Origin: Candidatus Latescibacterota bacterium
GTDB taxonomy: Bacteria; Latescibacterota; UBA2968; UBA8231
Assembly: GCA_965215195.1 (NCBI GenBank)
Contig: CBDCDC010000002.1
Coordinates: forward strand, 544,001 to 608,000
Reading direction: 5' to 3'
Length of the DNA: 64,000 nt
Shown one piece after another: positions 30,060 to 40,041 of this stretch. Positions within the stretch are counted from its first letter, which is position 1; the number at the start of each line of letters is the position of its first letter. The notes under the pieces are model-generated. The model was not told the origin of the DNA. It made no database searches and saw only the letters and a program-made list of their open reading frames with translations. The translations under genes and the position numbers were made by a program.

Positions 30060-31000
30060 GGCTTAGACAACCTCCAGTTGCCGGGATTGAGCAGGGTTGA
30101 ATCCGCGACCGCGATTGCGCGCACGGCTGCTACTAGATCGGGCAGCAGGGGGCCGGCCTCGACTGCGCGGATATTGGCTTCGAGTTCGGAGACGCTCGTG
30201 GTGCCGAAAATAGTTGAATGAGCACCGGGAGCAAAGGCGGCAAAGCGCAAAGCCAGTTCGGCCAGCTCCATGCCGGCGTCTCGTGCCAGCCGCAGCAGGG
30301 GAGCGGCTAAAGGGGACAGAGCGGCCAACGAGGCCGGGAGCGAGTCGAGCCGATGCGAGAGGACGCCTTGGAGGAAAACGGAGCGCAGGACGACGCCCAT
30401 GCCCTGTGCTCGGGCGCGGGGGAACACCTTGCGTTCCATCTGGCGGTCGAGTGCGCTATAAGGTATTTGCAGTGCGGAAATCAGCTCGGGATGATTTAAG
30501 GCGTTGAGCGGGGCCTCTTCGCCGTATGTCGTAACGCCCCAATAGCGCACCCAGCCGCGTTGGCAGTAGTGCGCTAGCAGGTCCAGCAGTTCTGGGGTTG
30601 CAAAGCGCGCGTTGAGGCTGTGCAACTGCACGAGGTCGAGCCCATCAACGCCGAGCGTCTGCAAGCTCTGGTGCAGCGCCTGCTCGACGGACTGGCGCAG
30701 TGCCTGCCCGGTCAACAGCCGTGTGCTGCTGGGATCCCGGATGGAGAGCTTGGTGGCAATCACCGGCCGACGCGTCCGCCCGGCACACGCGCGGCCCACG
30801 AGGCTTTCGCTGCGGCCGTACGCTGCGGCCGTGTCGATGTAGTTGACGCCGAGGTCCAAGGCGCGGCGGATCAAGCCAATCGCGCGGTGATCCGGTGGCG
30901 GCGGCTGTTGGTCCCAGCCATAGGCCATGCCCAATTGCACGGTGCCGAGGCCCAAGGCCGACAGGCGCAAGTTCGTGCGGCCTAGGTTTGCGTATTGCAA
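30056..31000 (-). CDS. Aldo/keto reductase
   Basis: LGLGTVQLG, IDTAAAYG.SE, IATK, RSVFLQG. Confidence 0.9.
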   Translation of the reverse strand: MQYANLGRTNLRLSALGLGTVQLGMAYGWDQQPPPPDHRAIGLIRRALDLGVNYIDTAAAYGRSESLVGRACAGRTRRPVIATKLSIRDPSSTRLLTGQALRQSVEQALHQSLQTLGVDGLDLVQLHSLNARFATPELLDLLAHYCQRGWVRYWGVTTYGEEAPLNALNHPELISALQIPYSALDRQMERKVFPRARAQGMGVVLRSVFLQGVLSHRLDSLPASLAALSPLAAPLLRLARDAGMELAELALRFAAFAPGAHSTIFGTTSVSELEANIRAVEAGPLLPDLVAAVRAIAVADSTLLNPGNWRLSKP

Positions 31001-31911
31001 GGGGTTGCTCCGGTGGCGCGAAGGGTGGCGGCCTTGACGCTCCCGCCGCAGGCGTCAAGGAGGTGCTGCGCTCGGGTGCGATTGAGTTGGCATAGCTCCA
31101 TGACCAGCGCCAGCTTCAAGCCGCCTTCGGCCGCTTGCAGCCGGGCGGCGGCCACTTGCGGCGCGGCCCCGGTCAGGGCCGCAAAGATGCGCTCGGCGCG
31201 GTCGCGCAGCTTGGCATTGGTGGGTTGCAGGTCGACCATGAGGTTGCCGTATGTCTTGCCCAATTTCACCATGGTGCCGGTGCTGATCATGTTGAGCACC
31301 AGCTTGGTCGCTGTTCCGGCCTTCATCCGCGTCGATCCGGTGATGACTTCCGGGCCGACCTCGGGGACGATCTTGATTGAGGCTGCAACGGACTCGGCGG
31401 CCGTGGGGCTACACGTAAAAAAGATCGTCGGACAACCTCGCTCGGCGGCGTACTCCATGCCGCTGATAACGAAAGGGGTTACGCCGCTGGCGGCAATGCC
31501 CATGACCACGTCGGCCGGCCCCAAGCCGCGCCGGGCCAATTCGCTGGGCGCAACCGTGCGGTCGTCCTCTGCGCCTTCTACGGCTTGGCATAGAGCCGCT
31601 GGCCCACCGGCGATCAGGCCCTGCACCAACTGGGGGTTGGTGCCAAAGGTGGGGGGACATTCAGCCGCATCCAGTACGCCGAGCCGACCGCTGGTGCCCG
31701 CGCCGAGGTAGAACAGGCGGCCTCCGCGGCCGAGCTGGCTGGCCACCAAGTCAACCGCCTCGGCGATGGCCCCCAATTGCGCGGCGACCGCGGCCGGCAC
31801 GAGGGCGTCTTCTCGATTGATCATCGCCAGCATCTCTAGGGTCGAGACCTCGTCGATGTGTTCCGTGGCTGGATTGCGCTGCTCGGTTTGCAGCTTGGAC
31901 CAGTTGCCCAT
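30982..31911 (-). CDS. murQ: N-acetylmuramic acid 6-phosphate etherase
   Basis: TEQRNP, GAGTSGRLGVLDAAECPPTFG, GSTRMKAGTA, YGNLMVD. Confidence 0.96.
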   Translation of the reverse strand: MGNWSKLQTEQRNPATEHIDEVSTLEMLAMINREDALVPAAVAAQLGAIAEAVDLVASQLGRGGRLFYLGAGTSGRLGVLDAAECPPTFGTNPQLVQGLIAGGPAALCQAVEGAEDDRTVAPSELARRGLGPADVVMGIAASGVTPFVISGMEYAAERGCPTIFFTCSPTAAESVAASIKIVPEVGPEVITGSTRMKAGTATKLVLNMISTGTMVKLGKTYGNLMVDLQPTNAKLRDRAERIFAALTGAAPQVAAARLQAAEGGLKLALVMELCQLNRTRAQHLLDACGGSVKAATLRATGATPCNTQT

Positions 31912-32041
31912 ATTGAATCGCCTAGCATCGGTGAAATGAGTTAGACACAAGATAGACAGCCGAGTGCGCCGAGCAAAATTGTCAGAGTAGGGGAAAGGGT
32001 TATATTTCTGAACCCCATTAAACAAAGGATGAGGACGCGGC

Positions 32042-34801
32042 ATGACGGAAGAATTGGCCAAGACGTACGATCCGGTGGCGATTGAAAAAAAGTGGTGCGA
32101 TTTCTGGGAGGAAAACGGCCTTTTTAACGCGGAGATCAACCCGGACAAGCCCCCTTACTGCATAGTAATTCCCCCGCCCAACGTGACGGGCGAACTGCAC
32201 ATGGGCCACGCGATTCAACACGCTATCCACGACTTAGTGGTGCGATGGAAGCGGATGCAGGGCTTTGAGACGCTCTGCCTGCCGGGCACCGATCACGCGG
32301 GCATTGCCACCCAGATGAAGGTCGAACAGGAACTTTTGCAGGCCGAGGGCAAGAATCGCTACGACTTGGGGCGCACCGCCATGCTCGAGCGGATTTGGCA
32401 GTGGAAGGAAAAATACGGGGACGCCATCTACCGCCAATTGCGCCAACTCGGGGCCAGCTACGATTGGCGGTGGGAGCGGTTCACGCTCGACGAGGAGTAC
32501 GTTGAGGCCGTATTGCAGGCCTTCGCCCGCTTTGCCGAGAAAGGGTGGATTTACCGCGGCACCCGCATGATCAACTGGTGTCCGCAGTGCCGCACGGTCA
32601 TTTCCGACCTAGAGACCGAAGAGCGCGCGGTGGCCGGCCACTTGTGGCACATTCGCTACCCGGCCCCAGAGGACGCGCTGCAAGTCGTGGTCGCCACCAC
32701 GCGGCCGGAAACCATGCTCGGGGACACGGCCGTGGCTGTCCACCCCAACGACGGCCGCTGGCGCGAGGCCATTGGCCGGCAAGTCGAGCTGCCGCTGACG
32801 GATAGAGCCATCCCCATCGTCGCCGATGAATACGCCGACCCCGAGCTGGGCAGCGGGGCAGTCAAAGTAACGCCGGCCCACGATCCCAACGACTACGAGC
32901 TAGGCCTGCGCCACGACTTGGCGCAAATCCAAGTCATTGGCTTTGACGGAGTCATGACCGAGGCGGCCGGCCGCTTTGCCGGGTTGGATCGCTACGCGGC
33001 TCGCGAGGCGGTCGTGGCCGCGCTGGAAGCCGAGGGGCTGCTGGCAAAAGTAGAGGATCACCAACACGCCGTACCCCACCACGACAAGTGCGGCACCACC
33101 GTCGAACCCCTGCCGATGGAGCAGTGGTTTATGAACATGCAGGAGCTGGCGGCCAAGGCGCGGCCCGTGCTCGTGCGGCAGGAGATCCAATACGCGCCCG
33201 ACCGCTTCCGCCACTATGCCATTGAGTGGTTGGACCAAATACGCGATTGGGCCTTGTCGCGGCAGATTTGGTGGGGGCATCGCATCCCGGCTTGGTATTG
33301 CACCCATTGCAGCGCCGATGGGCTGATCGCCATGGGCGACTTGGACTGGGAGCAGGCCCTGCGCGAGGGCAACTTCAGGGTGTCGGTGGTGGCCGGGGCC
33401 AAGCCCGTAGTCAGCGCGGCTAAACCGGCCGCCTGTGCCGAATGCGGTGGCCGGGATTGGGTGCAAGACCCCGACGTGCTCGACACGTGGTTTTCTTCCG
33501 CCCTGTGGCCCTTTGCCACGCTCGGCTGGCCCCAACGCCGCGACGCGCTGGAGTACTTTTATCCCACGGATTTGATGATCACAGCCCGCGACATTCTCTA
33601 TTTGTGGGTTTTGCGGATGGCCATGACCTCGCTAGAGTGCGTGGAGCAAATTCCCTTTAAGACGGTGCTGGTTCACCCGACGATTCTGACCCAAGACGGC
33701 CGCCGCATGAGCAAGAGCTTGGGCACGGGCCTCAACCCGCTCGACTTGGTCGTGCGCTACGGCGCGGATGCGACGCGCTACTGTCTATTGGCGCAGGCCG
33801 GGGCCGTCCAAGACGTGCGCTTCGATGCCGCGGTCGCCAACAACCAAGTGCAGGCTTCGGCCAGCGCAGAGGCCGGCCGCAACTTTGGCAACAAGCTGTG
33901 GAATGCGACCCGCTTCGTGCTGATGAACATCGACGGATACGAGCGAGGCCCGGGCGAGCGGAGCGAATTGGCCGACCGCTGGATCTGGAGCCGGTTGCAG
34001 GTGGCCGTGCGCGAGATGACCGAGGCCCTGCAATCCCATCGCTTCAGCGACCTGACGCGGGCGATTTACGACTTTGTCTGGCGCGACTATTGCGATTGGT
34101 ACCTCGAATTGGCCAAGGTGCGCTTGCAGGGAGGCGATCCCGAGGCACGATGCGCGGCCCAAGAGCATCTCGTGCGGGTGCTCGAAACCGCCCTGCGGCT
34201 GTTGCACCCCATAATGCCCTTTATCACCGAGACCTTGTGGCAGGCCGTGCCCCACGGCTCGGCGGCTACCAGTATCATGGTCGCGGCGTGGCCGGAATGC
34301 GATGCCGCCCTGATAGACCCAGAGGCCGAAGCGCAAATGCAGTGCCTGCAAGAGGTGGTGACTGGGGTGCGGGTTATTCGCGGCGAGATGAATGTCCCGC
34401 CGGCGCGCAAAGTCGAGGTTTTGATTTCGGCCGCCTCGGACGAGGTGGAACAGACCCTGCGCCAAGCCATCCCTTACATCGCGCTGTTGAGCCGGGCCGC
34501 ATCCGTGCAAGTCGGCCAAGGGCTCGTCCGGCCGCCAGCTTCGGGGAGCGCGATGACGGCCGCGGCCGAGATTTTCGTGCCCTTAGAGGGGTTGATCGAC
34601 CTAGCCGCAGAGCGGCAGCGGCTCAAACGAGAAATCCAAAAGATGGACGGCCTGCTCAAGGGCTTAGACGCCAAGCTCGCCAATGAGCGCTTCCTCACCA
34701 AAGCCCCGCCCGCAATCGTCGCGCAGGAGCGCCAGCGCCAGGCCGAATACCGCGCCACCCAAGAAAAGCTGAACGCCAGCCTCAAGCTCGTCGAAGCCTA
34801 G
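32042..34801 (+). CDS. valS: Valine--tRNA ligase
   Basis: PPPNVTGELHMGH, TTRPETMLGD, DVLDTWFSS, RMSKS, C-terminal coiled coil. Confidence 0.98.
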   Translation: MTEELAKTYDPVAIEKKWCDFWEENGLFNAEINPDKPPYCIVIPPPNVTGELHMGHAIQHAIHDLVVRWKRMQGFETLCLPGTDHAGIATQMKVEQELLQAEGKNRYDLGRTAMLERIWQWKEKYGDAIYRQLRQLGASYDWRWERFTLDEEYVEAVLQAFARFAEKGWIYRGTRMINWCPQCRTVISDLETEERAVAGHLWHIRYPAPEDALQVVVATTRPETMLGDTAVAVHPNDGRWREAIGRQVELPLTDRAIPIVADEYADPELGSGAVKVTPAHDPNDYELGLRHDLAQIQVIGFDGVMTEAAGRFAGLDRYAAREAVVAALEAEGLLAKVEDHQHAVPHHDKCGTTVEPLPMEQWFMNMQELAAKARPVLVRQEIQYAPDRFRHYAIEWLDQIRDWALSRQIWWGHRIPAWYCTHCSADGLIAMGDLDWEQALREGNFRVSVVAGAKPVVSAAKPAACAECGGRDWVQDPDVLDTWFSSALWPFATLGWPQRRDALEYFYPTDLMITARDILYLWVLRMAMTSLECVEQIPFKTVLVHPTILTQDGRRMSKSLGTGLNPLDLVVRYGADATRYCLLAQAGAVQDVRFDAAVANNQVQASASAEAGRNFGNKLWNATRFVLMNIDGYERGPGERSELADRWIWSRLQVAVREMTEALQSHRFSDLTRAIYDFVWRDYCDWYLELAKVRLQGGDPEARCAAQEHLVRVLETALRLLHPIMPFITETLWQAVPHGSAATSIMVAAWPECDAALIDPEAEAQMQCLQEVVTGVRVIRGEMNVPPARKVEVLISAASDEVEQTLRQAIPYIALLSRAASVQVGQGLVRPPASGSAMTAAAEIFVPLEGLIDLAAERQRLKREIQKMDGLLKGLDAKLANERFLTKAPPAIVAQERQRQAEYRATQEKLNASLKLVEA

Positions 34802-36481
34802 ATGGCGTTTGATTACTTCACCATTCAGGCCCTCGCGCAGGAGCTGCGGTCGCACCTGCAAGGGGCGGTCATCGAGCATGCCTATGCCCAGCCTACGGAA
34901 CTCGCCTTGGCGGTTGCCGAGGGCGAGTGGCTGTACGGCGCGAGCGGTCGGGAGGGCTTGCTCTGCCTGCGGCAAGAGGCGTGGCCGCGGCCTTGGCGGG
35001 CGGGCGATGGCCCGGAAAAGTATTTGGTGCGAGCGCGGATCGCGGCCGTCGAAGCCGAGCGTCGCGAGCGCATCTTGCGCTTGCGCCTAGAGCGCCGAGA
35101 CCGCAGCGGTCGCACGAGCTTTGGCGTCTTGGTGTGCGAACTCATTCCCAACAAGGTGCGGTTTGTTCTCCACCGCCAAGCCGATGGCGCGATTTTGGGC
35201 TACTGGGGCGCGGCCAAGGACAAGGCGCCTGTGGGTGCGCCGTACCAGCCGCCCGAGCCATCGGGCCGCCTGCTGCCCGGCGCGGACGCACCCAGCGCGT
35301 GGCGCGACCGGCTGGCGAGCGCGAATGCGCCCTTGGAAAAGGCAGCGCGGCGCTGGTTGGCCGGCGCGGACGCCGCGGTGGTGCGCGAGCTGATTTTCCG
35401 CAGCCAGCAGGGCGACACAGGCGAGCCGCCCGCAGCCTTGTGGAGCGCGGCCGCGGCCGCGTACACCAGCGCGGTGGCCAACCGCAGCTACGTGTGGCAA
35501 GAGGCGGGCCGATTCCATTTTTCCGCCCTTGAACCGCGCCGTTTGCAAGGGGCCTACGAGCCGTTTGACGCGGCCAGTGCCGGGATATGGGCGGCGTGCC
35601 AAAAGGAGCGGGCCCAGCGCCGGGCCCAGCGGACTCAGCAACAGATTCGCAAGCGACTGAGCCAAGCCCTGAAAAATGCCCGGCGGCGTTTGGCTGCCAT
35701 GCAGATTGAGCTCGACGAGGCCGCACGTGCCGAGGAGTACAAGCGAAAGGGCCACGCGCTATGGGCCAACATGGGGCAGCTATCTGGTCGGCCCGCGCAA
35801 GTAGAGTTGGCCGATCTCTTTGATTTAGAGGGGCACGCGACCCTGCGGATTGATTTGGATGCAAACCGCAGCTTGGCGGAAAACGCCGCGTCCTATCTAA
35901 AGACCGCGCAAAAATACGAGCGCCGCCAACAAGTCCTGCCGCAGCGCCTAGCCGCGCTCGGCCGCCAGTGCGCCCAATACGAGCATTGGATCGACGCGGT
36001 GGCGGCCGGTACTTGGGAAGCCAACGCCGCGCTGCAAAACTGGTTGGAGAGCAAGGTGACAAGCACCGACAAAACGGCAAGCAAGCAGCCCCAGGCCCAT
36101 CCCCGGCGCTACCGGACGTCCACCGGGTGGTCGGTGTGGGCCGGGCGCAACAACAAGGAAAACGACGTGCTGACGCACAAAATGGCCGCCCAAAACGATC
36201 TGTGGTTTCACGCTCGGGGGTACTCGGGCTCGCACGTCGTCCTGCGGAGCGAAGGCCGCAAGGAAGCCCCCAGCAAGCAGACGATTGAAGAGGCTGCGGC
36301 TTTAGCTGCGTATTGGAGCAAGGGCAAAACAGCGAAAAAGGTCTCTGTGGCGTACACCATGGTAAAGCACGTCACCAAGCCGCGTGGAAGTGCGCCCGGG
36401 CAGGCACTGCTGCGCCGCGAGAAAACGATCGTGGTGGAGCCAGCTTTATTAAAAAAAGAGGAAGGAGGTAGAATTGTATGA
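34802..36481 (+). CDS. NFACT family (RqcH/FbpA-like) protein
   Basis: MAFD, ER...L, ENA..Y, GRNNKEND.LT, WFHARG..GSHV, AA.LAAYWSK. Confidence 0.88.
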   Translation: MAFDYFTIQALAQELRSHLQGAVIEHAYAQPTELALAVAEGEWLYGASGREGLLCLRQEAWPRPWRAGDGPEKYLVRARIAAVEAERRERILRLRLERRDRSGRTSFGVLVCELIPNKVRFVLHRQADGAILGYWGAAKDKAPVGAPYQPPEPSGRLLPGADAPSAWRDRLASANAPLEKAARRWLAGADAAVVRELIFRSQQGDTGEPPAALWSAAAAAYTSAVANRSYVWQEAGRFHFSALEPRRLQGAYEPFDAASAGIWAACQKERAQRRAQRTQQQIRKRLSQALKNARRRLAAMQIELDEAARAEEYKRKGHALWANMGQLSGRPAQVELADLFDLEGHATLRIDLDANRSLAENAASYLKTAQKYERRQQVLPQRLAALGRQCAQYEHWIDAVAAGTWEANAALQNWLESKVTSTDKTASKQPQAHPRRYRTSTGWSVWAGRNNKENDVLTHKMAAQNDLWFHARGYSGSHVVLRSEGRKEAPSKQTIEEAAALAAYWSKGKTAKKVSVAYTMVKHVTKPRGSAPGQALLRREKTIVVEPALLKKEEGGRIV

Positions 36482-36584
36482 TGTTATCAAAATTAACCCT
36501 GTTAGAGAGGCCGGCCGCGGTTTGACGCTAGGGGCAAATCGCCCATTCTTGTACCCCTTCACCACCCCGAAAGGATGGTTTTTT

Positions 36585-38006
36585 ATGCGTTTTTCTTTGC
36601 TGTTCTCGTTTTTGTTGTTGGCTTGTAGCAATCCAGACAATCCGGTTGATTCGGGTGTCCCTGCGGCTAAGGTCGCGGTCAGCGATTGTAATGGAGACGG
36701 TCAAGTTGACTTGACGGACGCGCTGTTAGGCTGTTCGGACGGCGTGGAGTCGCCGCCTGCGGAAGAGGTGCCGCCGACGGAAGAGGTGCCGCCGACGGAA
36801 GAGGTGCCGCCGACGGAAGAGGTGCCGCCGACGGAAGAGACCCCGCCTGCGGAAGAGACCCCGCCTGCGGAAGAGTCGCCGCCTACGGAAGAGTCGCCGC
36901 CTACGGAAGAGCCGGACGGCACGGCTCAGGCTATGGAGGGCGATTGTAACGGAGACGGTCAAGTTGACTTGACAGATGTGCTGATAGGCTGTTCGGATGG
37001 GCCATCCGTGACCGCACCAGATTCGCTGACGGAAGAAAGTGCCCCGACGGAGACTCTGGGGACCCCTGAGGGAGACCGTGCCGTGCTTGAGATACTTTTC
37101 TCGACCACCGGCGGCAACCAGTGGCGTGTTCGAGATGGTTGGTTAAGCGACGAGCCATTGTATGCTTGGGCGGAAGTACGAACCGATCACAACGGGCGCG
37201 TTACCGGCCTCTACCTTAGTGCTAACGGCTTGAGAGGTCCTATCCCGCCTGAGTTAGGCCAACTGACCGAGCTAAGGGACCTACGGCTCAGCAATAATTG
37301 GTTGAGTGGTTCCATCCCGCCTGAATTAGGCCAACTAACCAACCTAGAATTGCTATATCTCAGCGGTAATCAGTTGAGAGGTCCTATCCCGCCTGAATTA
37401 GGCCAACTGACTAGGCTAAGAGAGTTCCTTTTCTACCGTAATTCGTTTAGTGGGTGCCTGCCCCCGGCGTTGTTAAACGTACCTCGTCTTGAGCCCAAGG
37501 ACTTGCCCGTTTGTACGGAAGATCCATCCGGGACGCCCCCCGATAATTCGACTGAGGGAGACCGTGCCGTGCTTGAGGCTCTTTTCTTGGCCACAGGCGG
37601 CAACCAGTGGCGTATTCGAGACGGTTGGTTAAGCGACGCGCCGTTGTCTGCTTGGGAGGGAGTATCAACCGATGCAAACGGGCGCGTTATCGGCCTCTAC
37701 CTTCATGGTAACGGCTTGAGTGGTTTTATCCCGCCTGCGTTAGGCCAACTGACCAACCTAAGGGATCTATGGCTCCACGATAATCAGTTGAGTGGTTCCA
37801 TTCCGCCTGAATTAGGCCAACTGACCAACCTAAGACGCCTATATCTCAGCGGTAATCAGTTGAGTGGTTTTATCCCGCCTGCGTTAGGCCAACTGAGTAT
37901 TCTAAAAGAGTTCCTTTTCTATGGTAATTGGTTGAGTGGGTGCATACCCCGGGCGTTGTTAAACGTACCTCGTCTTGAGCCCAAGGACTTGCCCGTTTGC
38001 CGATAG
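36585..38006 (+). CDS. LRR lipoprotein 1 (two dockerin-like motifs, Pro/Glu repeats, two capped 4-LRR modules)
   Basis: Lipobox LLAC; DCNGDGQVDLTD x2; plant-type LRR (L.L.L..N.L.G.IPPELGQL) with DRAVL...W cap. Confidence 0.9.
   Translation: MRFSLLFSFLLLACSNPDNPVDSGVPAAKVAVSDCNGDGQVDLTDALLGCSDGVESPPAEEVPPTEEVPPTEEVPPTEEVPPTEETPPAEETPPAEESPPTEESPPTEEPDGTAQAMEGDCNGDGQVDLTDVLIGCSDGPSVTAPDSLTEESAPTETLGTPEGDRAVLEILFSTTGGNQWRVRDGWLSDEPLYAWAEVRTDHNGRVTGLYLSANGLRGPIPPELGQLTELRDLRLSNNWLSGSIPPELGQLTNLELLYLSGNQLRGPIPPELGQLTRLREFLFYRNSFSGCLPPALLNVPRLEPKDLPVCTEDPSGTPPDNSTEGDRAVLEALFLATGGNQWRIRDGWLSDAPLSAWEGVSTDANGRVIGLYLHGNGLSGFIPPALGQLTNLRDLWLHDNQLSGSIPPELGQLTNLRRLYLSGNQLSGFIPPALGQLSILKEFLFYGNWLSGCIPRALLNVPRLEPKDLPVCR
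36747..36908 (+). repeat. 9 x 18-bp tandem repeat (E-x-P-P-T/A-E)
   Basis: GAG NNN CCG CCK RCG GAA units. Confidence 0.92.
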
Positions 38007-38118
38007 CGCGGTCGGTGTGCGGTAAGAAAGCGGTGTCCGTGTCGGTGCATGGACGTCGTTCAGTTTTGAGTTGGGCTCGTTATGTCAAACTCTTCACCAC
38101 CACGTAAGGAGGTTTTTT

Positions 38119-39948
38119 ATGCGTTTTTTTCTGCTGTTCTCGTTTTTGTTGTTGGCTTGTAGCAATCCAGACAATCCGGTTGATTCGGGTGTCCCTGCGG
38201 CTAAGGTCGCGCTTGACGATTGTAACGGAGACGGTCGGGTTGACTTGACGGACGCGCTGTTAGGCTGTTCGGACGGCGTGGAGTCGCCGCCGACGGAAGA
38301 GACCCCGCCTGCGGAAGAGACCCCGCCTGCGGAAGAGGTGTCCCCGACGGAAGAGGCACCGCCGACGGAAGAGGCACCGCCGACGGAAGAGGCACCGCCT
38401 GCGGAAGAGACCCCGCCGACAGAAGAGACCCCGCCGACAGAAGAGACCCCGCCTGCGGAAGAGCCGGACGGCACGGCTCAGGCTGTGGAGGGCGATTGTA
38501 ACGGAGACGGTCAAGTTGACTTGACGGACGCGCTGTTAGGCTGTTCGGACGGCGTGGAGTCGCCGACGGAAGAGACCCCGCCTGCGGAAGAGGCGCCGCC
38601 TGCGGAAGAGGCGCCGCTCGCTGGGACCCCTGAGGGAGACCGTGCCGTGCTTGAGGCTTTTTTCTCGGCCACAAGCGGCCACAAGTGGGGTAGTCGAGGC
38701 GGTTGGTTAAGCGACGAGCCGTTGTCTGCTTGGGAGGGAGTAACAACCGATGCAAACGGGCGCGTTACCCGCCTTGATCTCAGCGAGAATTTTTTGAGAG
38801 GTTCCATCCCGCCTGCCTTAGGCCAACTGACCAGCTTAGAAGAGCTATATCTCAACAGTAATCAGTTGAGTGGTTCCATCCCGTCTGCCTTAGGCCAACT
38901 GACCAACCTAAGCACCCTATCTCTCAGCGAGAATTTTTTGAGTGGTTCTATCCCGTCTTTCTTAGGCCAACTGACCAACTTAGAAGAGCTATCTCTCTAC
39001 AATAATCAGTTGAGTGGTTCTATCCCGCCTGAATTAGGCCAACTGACCAACCTAAGCACTCTACGGCTCAGCGGTAATCGTCGGTTGAGTGGTTCTATCC
39101 CGCCTGCGTTAGGCCAACTGACCAACTTAGAACATCTATCTCTCAGCGGTAATCGGTTGAGTGGTTCTATCCCGCCTGAATTAGGCCAACTGACCAGCTT
39201 AGAAGGGCTATATCTCAGCGGTAATCAGTTGATTGGTTCTATCCCGCCTGCGTTAGGCCAACTGACCAACTTAGAATATCTATCTCTCCGCGATAATCTT
39301 TTGAGTGGTTCTATCCCGCCTGCGTTAGGCCAACTAACCAACTTAGAAGGGCTATATCTCCGCGATAATCGGTTGAGTGGTTCCATCCCGTCTGCGTTAG
39401 GCCAACTGACCAACCTAAGCACCCTATCTCTCCGCGATAATCTTTTGAGTGGTTCCATCCCGTCTGCGTTAGGCCAACTGACCAACTTAGAAGAGCTATC
39501 TCTCAGCGGTAATCAGTTGATTGGTTCTATCCCGCCTGCGTTAGGCCAACTGACCAACTTAGAAGAGCTATCTCTCAGCGGTAATCGGTTGATTGGTTCT
39601 ATCCCGCCTGAATTAGGCCAACTGACCAACCTAAGACTCCTATCTCTCGTCAATAATCAGTTGAGTGGTTCTATCCCGCCTGAATTAGGCCAACTGACCA
39701 GCTTAGAAAGGCTATCTCTCGGCGGTAATTGGTTGAGTGGTTCTATCCCGCCTGCGTTAGGCCAACTGACCAACTTAGAATATCTATCTCTCCGCTATAA
39801 TCAGTTGAGTGGTTCCATCCCGCCTGAATTAGGCCAACTGACCCACTTAGAATATCTATCTCTCCGCGATAATCAGTTTGGGTGCATACCCCCGGAGTTG
39901 TTAAACGTGCCTCGTCTCGAGTGGGGGAACTTGCCCGTTTGCCCATAG
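38119..39948 (+). CDS. LRR lipoprotein 2 (paralog with one 16-LRR module)
   Basis: AAGGAGG RBS; N-terminus nearly identical to gene 1; 15 LGQLT junctions. Confidence 0.92.
   Translation: MRFFLLFSFLLLACSNPDNPVDSGVPAAKVALDDCNGDGRVDLTDALLGCSDGVESPPTEETPPAEETPPAEEVSPTEEAPPTEEAPPTEEAPPAEETPPTEETPPTEETPPAEEPDGTAQAVEGDCNGDGQVDLTDALLGCSDGVESPTEETPPAEEAPPAEEAPLAGTPEGDRAVLEAFFSATSGHKWGSRGGWLSDEPLSAWEGVTTDANGRVTRLDLSENFLRGSIPPALGQLTSLEELYLNSNQLSGSIPSALGQLTNLSTLSLSENFLSGSIPSFLGQLTNLEELSLYNNQLSGSIPPELGQLTNLSTLRLSGNRRLSGSIPPALGQLTNLEHLSLSGNRLSGSIPPELGQLTSLEGLYLSGNQLIGSIPPALGQLTNLEYLSLRDNLLSGSIPPALGQLTNLEGLYLRDNRLSGSIPSALGQLTNLSTLSLRDNLLSGSIPSALGQLTNLEELSLSGNQLIGSIPPALGQLTNLEELSLSGNRLIGSIPPELGQLTNLRLLSLVNNQLSGSIPPELGQLTSLERLSLGGNWLSGSIPPALGQLTNLEYLSLRYNQLSGSIPPELGQLTHLEYLSLRDNQFGCIPPELLNVPRLEWGNLPVCP
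38281..38460 (+). repeat. 10 x 18-bp tandem repeat (E-x-P-P-T/A-E)
   Basis: Same unit family as 36747-36908. Confidence 0.92.
38770..39890 (+). repeat. About 72-bp LRR-coding tandem array
   Basis: Near-invariant TTAGGCCAACTGACC and GGTTCYATCCCG every 72 bp (one 75-bp unit). Confidence 0.95.
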
Positions 39949-40041
39949 TGCGGTCGGTGTGCGGTAAGAAAGCGGTGTCCGTGTCGGTGCATGGACGCCG
40001 CTTTCGCATGTACCCTTTTCAGTTTTGATTTTTGGCTCGTT

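Noticed and set aside
38080-38090. TTATGTCAAAC as a XerD-like half site
   Set aside because: No ATAA-ending left arm; better explained as the duplicated miaA start
36747-39890. 18-bp and 72-bp repeat arrays as a CRISPR array
   Set aside because: Repeats are contiguous, in frame and protein-coding, with no unique spacers and no cas genes
36585-39948. Diversity-generating retroelement acting on the LRR genes
   Set aside because: No reverse transcriptase in the window, and differences are not confined to adenines of a template repeat
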